Source: an uncultured Actinomycetota bacterium (lineage in GTDB: Bacteria > Actinomycetota > Actinomycetes > Actinomycetales > CAVURS01). From it: DNA of 64,000 nt. Of this stretch, positions 57,268 through 64,000 are shown piece after piece; the first letter of the stretch is position 1; each line of letters starts with the position of its first letter. Location: assembly GCA_963795385.1 (NCBI GenBank), contig CAWCHK010000003.1, forward strand, positions 198,717-262,716. The letters are read 5' to 3'. The translations under genes and the position numbers were made by a program. The notes beneath the pieces were generated by a model. It saw only the letters and a program-made list of their open reading frames with translations. It made no database searches and had not been told where the DNA came from.

Positions 57268-58029
57268 ATGGGTCTGCTCGAGGGCAAGCGGCTGCTGGTC
57301 ACCGGTCTGCTGACCGATGCGTCGATCGCGTTCCACGTGGCCCGGCTGGCCCAGCAGGAGGGCGCGAGCATCGTCCTCACCAGCTTCGGCCGGACGATGA
57401 AGATCACCCAGACCATCGCCAAGCGGCTGCCCGAGACGCCGCCGGTGGTCGAGCTGGACGTGCAGGACCAGGGCCACCTGGACGCGCTGGCCGAGCGGGT
57501 GCGCGAACACGTCGACGGCCTGGACGGCGTCGTGCACTCGATCGGGTTCGCCCCCAAGGGTGCGTTCGACTTCCTCGAGGCCTCGTGGGAGGACGTCTCG
57601 ACGGCGCTGCACGTGTCGGCGTACTCGTTGAAAGCCCTTGGTGTCGCTGCGCTTCCGTTGATGAGCGAGGGCGGGAGCATCGTGGGGCTGACCTTCGACG
57701 CGCGGTATGCCTGGCCGGTCTACGACTGGATGGGAGTGGCCAAGGCGGCCTTCGAGTCGACGGCGCGCTACCTGGCGCGGGACCTCGGGCCGAAGGGCGT
57801 GCGGGTCAACCTCGTCGCGGCCGGGCCGATCCGGACGACGGCGGCCAAGTCGATCCCCGGCTTCGACGCGTTCGAGGACATCTGGAACGACCGCGCGCCG
57901 CTGGGCTGGGACGTCCGTGACCCGGAGCCGGCCGCGAAGGCGTGCGTCGCTCTGCTGTCCGACTGGTTCCCCGCGACGACCGCCGAGATGCTGCACGTCG
58001 ACGGCGGCGTGCACGCCATGGGGCAGTAG
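57268..58029 (+). CDS. inhA: NADH-dependent enoyl-ACP reductase (InhA/FabI)
   Basis: GKRLLVTGLLTDASIAFHVARLAQQEGA, HSIGFAP, YDWMGVAKAALES-like YDWMGVAKAAFEST, AGPIRT. Confidence 0.9.
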   Translation: MGLLEGKRLLVTGLLTDASIAFHVARLAQQEGASIVLTSFGRTMKITQTIAKRLPETPPVVELDVQDQGHLDALAERVREHVDGLDGVVHSIGFAPKGAFDFLEASWEDVSTALHVSAYSLKALGVAALPLMSEGGSIVGLTFDARYAWPVYDWMGVAKAAFESTARYLARDLGPKGVRVNLVAAGPIRTTAAKSIPGFDAFEDIWNDRAPLGWDVRDPEPAAKACVALLSDWFPATTAEMLHVDGGVHAMGQ

Positions 58030-58038
58030 GTCCGCAGC

Positions 58039-58545
58039 ATGGCCGCGCGGAGCCTGCTGATCGTCCGGCACGCGAAGTCGGACTGGGAGGCGGGCGCGGC
58101 CGACCACGAGCGACCGCTCAACGCCCGCGGGCGTCGCGAGGCGCCGGAGCTGGGGGAGCGACTGGCCCGGGCCGGGCTGCGCCCGGATCTCGTGGTCTGC
58201 TCGGATGCGGCTCGGGCCCAGGAGACCTGGCGGCTCGCCGCGGCCGCCTGGCCGGACCCGCCACCGGTGCGGGTCGACGGCCGGCTCTACGACGCCGGCC
58301 GGTCAGAGGTCCTGGCCGTCATCACCGCGGCGCCCGACGACGTCAGGACCTTGGCCTGCGTCGGCCACGAACCGACCAGCAGTGCGCTGGCGGCCCTGCT
58401 CGCAGGGGGCGCCGAGCCGGGCGTGGCCGAGCAGCTGGCGGCCGGGCTGAAGACGGCCTGCGCAGCGGTGCTGACCTTCGACCGGGAGTGGTCCGCCGTC
58501 GAGCCGGGCACCGGTCACCTCAGCGCCCTCATCTCGCCCCGCTGA
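58039..58545 (+). CDS. Histidine phosphatase-family protein (SixA-like)
   Basis: LLIVRHAKSDW...ERPLNARGRREA and VGHEP. Confidence 0.8.
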   Translation: MAARSLLIVRHAKSDWEAGAADHERPLNARGRREAPELGERLARAGLRPDLVVCSDAARAQETWRLAAAAWPDPPPVRVDGRLYDAGRSEVLAVITAAPDDVRTLACVGHEPTSSALAALLAGGAEPGVAEQLAAGLKTACAAVLTFDREWSAVEPGTGHLSALISPR

Positions 58546-58676
58546 CCGCACGCCGCAGCCTGGCCTGACCGCGCCTGCCTGGCCCGGCCGCGAGGTTGGC
58601 GGCCCGGCGAACTGGCCCAACCCGGCTCCCAGGGGTCCGGCGACGTCGAACGGGCGGGTCAGGCCAGTCGGCCGGG

Positions 58677-59867
58677 TCAGCCTTCGGCGTCCGCGGCCTC
58701 GATCTCCTCGCGGGTGATCCCGAGCAGGAACAGGACGGCGTCCAGGTAGGGCACCGTCACGGACGTGTCAGCCTGTTGCCGGACAACGGGTTTGGCGTTG
58801 AACGCCACCCCGAGGCCGGCCGCCGCGAGCATGTCGAGGTCGTTCGCGCCGTCGCCGATCGCGATCGTCCGTGACAGCGGCAGCCCCTCCAGCTCGGCGA
58901 ACCGCCGCAGCGCCGCCGCCTTGCCGGCCCGGTCCACGACCGCACCGACGACCCGGCCGGTGAGCCGCCCGTCGGCCACCTCCAGGCGGTTGGCCTCCGC
59001 GTGCTCGATCCCCAGCAGGTCCGCGAGCGGCCGGACGATCTCGATGAAGCCGCCGGACACGAGGGCGACCGAGAAGCCCAGCCGGCCCATCGTCCGGACC
59101 AGCGTCCGCGCGCCCGGCGTCAGCCGCACCGCGGCCCGGACCTCGTCGAGGACCGAGACCGGCAGCCCACCCAGGGCGGCGACCCGCTCGTGCAGGCTCG
59201 CGGTGAAGTCCAGCTCGCCGCGCATCGCCCGCTCGGTCACCGCTGCCACCTCGGCCGACCGGCCCGCGTGCTGGGCCAGCAGCTCGATCACCTCGTCCTG
59301 GATCAGGGTCGAGTCGACGTCCATGACGACCAGCCGCCGGCCGCGCCGGGCCAGGCCGGCCGGCGACACCGCGACGTCCACCTGCCGGGTGGCCGCCTCG
59401 AGCGCCAGCTCGCGCCGGAGGGCGTCGACGTCGTCGACCGCCGAGACGTCGAGCTCCAACGTGCTGACCGGGTAGCGCGACAGCCGTCGGATCCGGTCGA
59501 TGTTGGCCCCGCGCACGGCGAGCACCGTCGCTATGGAGGAGACCGCCAGGGGCCGTAGCGGAGCGCCGATCAGGGTGACGTGCAGCGCCTGTCCGCTGCG
59601 CGGAGGGCTGTCGCCGTGCCCCGAGGTGCACGAGACCTGCATGCCCAGCTGACGTCCCGCAGCCGTGGCCGCCGCCGCCAGGGCACTCTCCTGGTGCCCG
59701 GCCGAGACGAGGACGCCGAGGGTCAGCCGCCCGCGGACGACGACCTGCTCGACGTCGAGCACCTCGACCTCCGGCGCCGACAGCGCGTCGAAGACCGCCG
59801 AGGTGACACCGGGGCGGTCCGGCCCGGTGACCGTGACGAGCAGGGTGCGCGGTGCTGGGGCGGCCAC
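58677..59867 (-). CDS. serB: Phosphoserine phosphatase SerB with N-terminal ACT domains
   Basis: LLVTVTGPDRPGVTSAVF (ACT) and the HAD motifs VMDVDSTLI, SGGF, GDGANDLDML. Confidence 0.9.
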   Translation of the reverse strand: MAAPAPRTLLVTVTGPDRPGVTSAVFDALSAPEVEVLDVEQVVVRGRLTLGVLVSAGHQESALAAAATAAGRQLGMQVSCTSGHGDSPPRSGQALHVTLIGAPLRPLAVSSIATVLAVRGANIDRIRRLSRYPVSTLELDVSAVDDVDALRRELALEAATRQVDVAVSPAGLARRGRRLVVMDVDSTLIQDEVIELLAQHAGRSAEVAAVTERAMRGELDFTASLHERVAALGGLPVSVLDEVRAAVRLTPGARTLVRTMGRLGFSVALVSGGFIEIVRPLADLLGIEHAEANRLEVADGRLTGRVVGAVVDRAGKAAALRRFAELEGLPLSRTIAIGDGANDLDMLAAAGLGVAFNAKPVVRQQADTSVTVPYLDAVLFLLGITREEIEAADAEG

Positions 59868-59893
59868 CCGCGAACCCTAGTCGCGGCCAGGGC

Positions 59894-60436
59894 TCACCCC
59901 TCGGGCCGACCCAGCCAGTCCAGGACGGTGCCGAGGTTCTCGCTCAGGTCGATGGCCTCGGGTGGCGAGGGCGGCGGCGGGGGAGTGCGGTGCCGGCCGG
60001 GGGGCCGGGTGGGCAGGCCGATCCCGCGGCGTACCTCCGGAGTGGGCGGTTGGGGCGTGACCGGCCCGGCCCCGACGGCGATCGACGCGGCGCGGGGCGC
60101 GGACGGCTCGGCCCAATCGGCGCGCGATCCGCCCTCTGGGGACCCGGCGGGCCAGCGTGGGCGGGACCGGCGCTCGTGGTGCCGGGCCGGGCCGACAGCA
60201 CTCAGGGGCCGGACCGGGACCGGTTCGGCGGTGAACCGCTCGGGCCGGTGCAGCAGGGGCGACAGCGCCTCGCGCCGGGCCAGGACGGCCGCCACCAGGT
60301 CGGCGTACGCGGTGGCATCCATGGCCCGGCCGACCCAGCGCTCGGCCGCCTCGGCGACGGCGCTGTCCAGGTATCCCCGGACGGCGTCGTGGCTCGACGG
60401 CACTTCTCCCATGACACGCATGGTGCGGGTGTGCAT
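59894..60436 (-). CDS. Hypothetical protein with a Pro/Arg-rich C-terminal half
   Basis: The N-terminal 70 or so residues look protein-like (AVRGYLDSAVAEAAERWVGRAMDATAYADLVAAVLARREAL). The C-terminal half is low-complexity. No recognised domain. Confidence 0.4.
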   Translation of the reverse strand: MHTRTMRVMGEVPSSHDAVRGYLDSAVAEAAERWVGRAMDATAYADLVAAVLARREALSPLLHRPERFTAEPVPVRPLSAVGPARHHERRSRPRWPAGSPEGGSRADWAEPSAPRAASIAVGAGPVTPQPPTPEVRRGIGLPTRPPGRHRTPPPPPSPPEAIDLSENLGTVLDWLGRPEG

Positions 60437-60541
60437 GACGGGCCGTGACGGAGTTGGTCAAGGATCCCCCGCTTGCGCGCACCGTTCGGGCCGAGCCGTG
60501 ACTCAGGGTCACGCGCTCTCGCCGGTCAGCGACCGCCCGGC

Positions 60542-61372
60542 TCAGGCCTGGGAGTTGACGTCGTCGCGGAAGGCCAGCCAGTCCCGCAGCTGGCCGAGGT
60601 CGTAGTTCGGCCCACCGGTCCCGACCGTGAACATCCGAGCGCCCAGGTCGACGAGCGCTTGACCGAACTGCTCCGGCCGGCCCGTGGCGCCCACCGACCG
60701 CTCGATCTGCGCCGGGTCGCGGCCCTCGCTGGCGCACCACTCGTCCAGGACGGCGCTCTTGCGGGCGAACTCCGGCGGGTCGCCCCAGGAGTGCCAGATG
60801 TCGGCGTGCCGGGCGACCAGCCGCAGCGTCTTCTTGACCCCGCCGCCGCCGACCAGGACGGGGACGTGGCGGGTCGGCGGCGGGTTGAGCCGGGCCAGGC
60901 GGCGCTCGATCCGCGGCAGCGACTCGGCCAGGTCGTCCAGCCGGCTGCCCGCCGTACCGAAGTCGTAGCCGTACTCGTCGTAGTCCTTCTGCTTCCAGCC
61001 CGAGCCGATACCCAGGATCAGCCGGCCGCCACTCATGTGGTCGACGGTGCGGGCCATGTCGGCGAGCAGCTCGGGGTTGCGGTAGGAGTTGCAGGTCACC
61101 AGCGCCCCGATCTCCACCCGCGAGGTGATCTCGGCCCAGGCTCCGAGCATGGTCCAGCACTCGAAGTGCTTGCCGTCCGGGTCGCCGTTGAGAGGGAAGA
61201 AGTGGTCCCAGTTGAAGATCACGTCGACCCCGAGCTCCTCGGCCTCGACGACCACCCGGCGGATGGCGCTCCACTCCGCGTGCTGCGGGTGCAGCTGGAC
61301 CGCGATCCGCAGCGGGCGGTGGGCCTGACCGGAGCCGGCGTCGGTCGGTGGCGTGTCGGCCGCTTCGCTCAT
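60542..61372 (-). CDS. LLM-class (luciferase-like) F420-dependent oxidoreductase
   Basis: [53 protein letters not shown]. Start at MSEAADT (ATG 61372), overlapping the glgC stop. Confidence 0.8.
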   Translation of the reverse strand: MSEAADTPPTDAGSGQAHRPLRIAVQLHPQHAEWSAIRRVVVEAEELGVDVIFNWDHFFPLNGDPDGKHFECWTMLGAWAEITSRVEIGALVTCNSYRNPELLADMARTVDHMSGGRLILGIGSGWKQKDYDEYGYDFGTAGSRLDDLAESLPRIERRLARLNPPPTRHVPVLVGGGGVKKTLRLVARHADIWHSWGDPPEFARKSAVLDEWCASEGRDPAQIERSVGATGRPEQFGQALVDLGARMFTVGTGGPNYDLGQLRDWLAFRDDVNSQA

Positions 61373-62622
61373 CCGGGGATGACCTGGCCCTTGCCGATGA
61401 TGACCAGGCCCGATTCCGAGATCGTCAGGCCCCGGGCGCGGTCCTCGTCGGGGTCGAGGCCGATGCGGGCGTTCTCGGGGATCTTGACGTTCTTGTCGAT
61501 GATCGCCCGGCGGACCACGGCGTGCCGCCCGATGTCGACGCCGTCCAGCAGGACGCTGTCGGTGACCGTCGCCCACGAGTGCACGTTGGAGCCCGGGCCC
61601 ATCACGGAGTTCTCCACCAGCGCGCCGCTGACGACGCAGCCGGGAGAGACGATCGAGTTGACCGCGCTGCCGACGCGACCGTGCCAGCCGTGGACGAACT
61701 TCGCCGGAGGGTAGGGCCCGACGTCGGTGAAGATCGGCCACTCGTAGTTGTACAGGTTGAAGATCGGTTGCACCGCAACGAGATCCATGTGCGCGTCGTA
61801 GTAGGAGTCCATCGTGCCGACGTCGCGCCAGTAGTCCCGGTCGCGCGGCTCGGCGCCCGGGACCTCGTTGTCCTTGAAGTCGTAGACACCGGCCTCGCCA
61901 CGCTCGGCGAAGGCCGGCATGATGTCGCCGCCCATGTCGTGCTTCGTGTCCTCGCGCTCGTTGTCCCGCGTGACCTGCTCCACCAGCGCCTTGGCGTCGA
62001 AGACGTAGTTGCCCATCGACGCGAGGATCTCGTCCGGGTTGTCGGGCAGCGGCGTGGGGTTGGCGGGCTTCTCGAGGAACTCGCGGATCCGGCCCGGGTT
62101 CGCCGGGTCGGTGTCGATGACGCCGAACTGGTCCGACATCGAGATCGGCTGGCGGATCGCGGCCACCGTTGCGGCAGCGCCGGATTCGACGTGCGCCTCG
62201 ACCATCTGGGAGAAGTCCATCCGGTAGACGTGGTCGGCGCCCACGACCACCACGATGTCCGGCTCCTCGTCGTGGACGAGGTTGAGGCTCTGGAAGATCG
62301 CGTCCGCGCTGCCGAGGTACCAGTGCTTGCCCACCCGCTGCTGCGCGGGCACCGGGGCGATGTAGTTGCCGAGGATGTTCGACATCCGCCAGGCCCGCGA
62401 GATGTGCCGGTCCAGGCTGTGCGACTTGTACTGCGTGAGGACGACGACCTTGAGGAAGCGCGAGTTCACGACGTTCGACAGCGCGAAGTCGATCAGGCGG
62501 TAGATCCCGCCGAACGGCACGGCCGGCTTGGCCCGGTCGGCGGTCAGCGGCATCAGCCGCTTGCCCTCGCCACCGGCGAGCACGATGGCAAGGACCTTCA
62601 GAGGGCGCCGCGTCGAGACCAT
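61369..62622 (-). CDS. glgC: Glucose-1-phosphate adenylyltransferase
   Basis: [37 protein letters not shown], and C-terminal left-handed beta-helix repeats. Confidence 0.93.
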   Translation of the reverse strand: MVSTRRPLKVLAIVLAGGEGKRLMPLTADRAKPAVPFGGIYRLIDFALSNVVNSRFLKVVVLTQYKSHSLDRHISRAWRMSNILGNYIAPVPAQQRVGKHWYLGSADAIFQSLNLVHDEEPDIVVVVGADHVYRMDFSQMVEAHVESGAAATVAAIRQPISMSDQFGVIDTDPANPGRIREFLEKPANPTPLPDNPDEILASMGNYVFDAKALVEQVTRDNEREDTKHDMGGDIMPAFAERGEAGVYDFKDNEVPGAEPRDRDYWRDVGTMDSYYDAHMDLVAVQPIFNLYNYEWPIFTDVGPYPPAKFVHGWHGRVGSAVNSIVSPGCVVSGALVENSVMGPGSNVHSWATVTDSVLLDGVDIGRHAVVRRAIIDKNVKIPENARIGLDPDEDRARGLTISESGLVIIGKGQVIPG

Positions 62623-62710
62623 GTGCTGGACCCTATGAGGGCGGCGGGCCGAGCGCGAGACCTGTCTCGGTGGTCGGGCCGCCGCATTCGTCCGGGTCTA
62701 CGGTGTCGCC

Positions 62711-63922
62711 ATGCGAGTGGATCTGCTGAGCAAGGAGTACCCGCCCAAGGTGTACGGCGGCGCCGGCGTCCACGTCGAGGAGCTGGTCCGCGCGCTGCGC
62801 TCCCCTCAGGGCGATCAGGCCGTCGACGTCCGCGTGCACTGCTTCGGTGGGCCGCGGGACGAGGCCGGCACCACGGGGTACGCCGACCCGCCCGCCGGCC
62901 TGGAGTCGGCCAACGCAGCGCTGCAGACCCTCGGCGTCGACCTGCCCATGGCCGACGACTGCGCGGGGGCCGACATCGTCCACTCGCACACCTGGTACGC
63001 CGGGATGGGGGGCCACCTGGCGCAGCTGCTGCACGGCGTGCCCCACGTCATGACGGCGCACAGCCTGGAGCCGCTGCGGCCGTGGAAGGCCGAGCAGCTG
63101 GGCGGCGGCTACCGCGTCTCGTCGTGGATGGAGCAGACCGCCATGGAGGGCGCGGCCGGTCTGATCGCGGTGAGCGAGGGGATGCGCAAGGACATCCTGC
63201 GCTGCTACCCCGACGTCGACCCGGCCCGAGTTCATATGGTGCACAACGGGATCGACACCGAGAGGTGGTCGCCCAACCGCGCCGAGGACGTCGTACGCCG
63301 GCACGGAGTGGACCCGGACCGGCGGTCGGTCGTCTTCGTCGGACGGATCACCCGGCAGAAGGGCCTGCCCTACTTCCTGCGCGCGGCGGCCCAGCTGCCG
63401 CCCGACGTCCAGCTGGTGCTCTGCGCGGGCGCGCCGGACACGCCCGAGATCGCCGCCGAGGTGGAGGGCCTGGTCGACGACCTGCGCACGACCCGGACCG
63501 GGGTCGTCTGGATCGACGAGATGCTGCCGCAGCCCGAGGTCGCGGCGCTGCTGTCCGCGGGCACCGTGTTCGCCTGCCCGTCGGTCTACGAGCCGCTCGG
63601 CATCGTCAACCTGGAGGCGATGGCCTGCGAGCTGGCCGTCGTCGCGACGGCGACGGGAGGCATTCCCGAGGTGGTCGTGGACGGCGAGACCGGCTGGCTC
63701 GTGCCGATCGAGCAGCTCCAGGACGGCACGGGCACACCGGTCGACCCCGAGCGCTTCGTCGCCGACATGGCCGCCGCGCTGGTCGACGCGGTCAGTGACC
63801 CCGAACGGGCCGCGGTGCGCGGGCGGGCCGGGCGCGTACGGGCCCAGGAGGACTTCAGCTGGGGGAGCATCGCGGGCCGCACGGTCGCGGTCTACGAGAA
63901 GGTCCTGGCCGCTCCGCGATAG
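62711..63922 (+). CDS. glgA: GT4 glycogen synthase / alpha-maltose-1-phosphate synthase (actinobacterial GlgA/GlgM type)
   Basis: MRVDLLSKEYPPKVYGGAGVHVEEL, FVGRITRQKG, EPLGIVNLEAMACELAVVATATGGIPEVV. Divergent from glgC. Confidence 0.88.
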   Translation: MRVDLLSKEYPPKVYGGAGVHVEELVRALRSPQGDQAVDVRVHCFGGPRDEAGTTGYADPPAGLESANAALQTLGVDLPMADDCAGADIVHSHTWYAGMGGHLAQLLHGVPHVMTAHSLEPLRPWKAEQLGGGYRVSSWMEQTAMEGAAGLIAVSEGMRKDILRCYPDVDPARVHMVHNGIDTERWSPNRAEDVVRRHGVDPDRRSVVFVGRITRQKGLPYFLRAAAQLPPDVQLVLCAGAPDTPEIAAEVEGLVDDLRTTRTGVVWIDEMLPQPEVAALLSAGTVFACPSVYEPLGIVNLEAMACELAVVATATGGIPEVVVDGETGWLVPIEQLQDGTGTPVDPERFVADMAAALVDAVSDPERAAVRGRAGRVRAQEDFSWGSIAGRTVAVYEKVLAAPR

Positions 63923-64000
63923 TGACCTCGAGCAGCTCCGTGCGCGCGGGTGGTGCGGCTAGCGGACGGGCTCGAGCGCGGCGTTGACCGCGGCGACGAC

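Overview
High-GC (about 70%) actinobacterial chromosomal core. Gene order parallels the Mycobacterium tuberculosis Rv1420-Rv1485 neighbourhood, and the gene content looks Nocardioidaceae/Propionibacteriales-like. Left to right: a TerC gene behind a candidate Mn2+ riboswitch, uvrA, uvrC-rapZ-yvcK-whiA, gap-pgk-tpiA-secG, rbpA, the pentose-phosphate operon tkt-tal/pgi-zwf-opcA-pgl (minus strand, chained by 4-nt stop/start overlaps), ctaB/ctaA, an ABC-2 exporter, a complete sufR-sufB-sufD-Rieske-sufC-sufS-sufU-sufT operon, a Vms1-like release-factor homologue, a phzF-like gene, a GNAT gene, an ECF/BioY transporter operon with an embedded acyl-CoA ligase and thiolase, a YpfJ-type peptidase, an ABC-F protein, an enoyl-CoA hydratase, an ABC exporter, SURF1, moaA, pmbA/tldD, qor, fabG-inhA, serB, an LLM oxidoreductase and glgC/glgA. 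I saw no rRNA, tRNA, CRISPR array, transposase or integrase. The most conspicuous signal is technical or evolutionary. Many genes can only be read by hopping between frames, and these indel-only frameshifts cluster in three blocks (about 7.5-12.3 kb, 22.1-24.1 kb and 38.1-44.5 kb) plus a few isolated sites, while up to 9 kb between them is intact. I suspect locally poor consensus rather than real pseudogenes, but this cannot be settled from sequence alone. I did not find a convincing new multi-gene system. The best leads are the ligase+thiolase pair inside the BioY/ECF operon, Lys/Ala-rich basic tails on OpcA and UvrA, a tal-pgi fusion, tandem repeats in the gap leader and upstream of bioY, a VLRF1-type gene after the suf operon, and a small low-GC islet with an Ea22-like ORF. 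All family assignments come from motif recognition by eye; no database search or covariance model was run.
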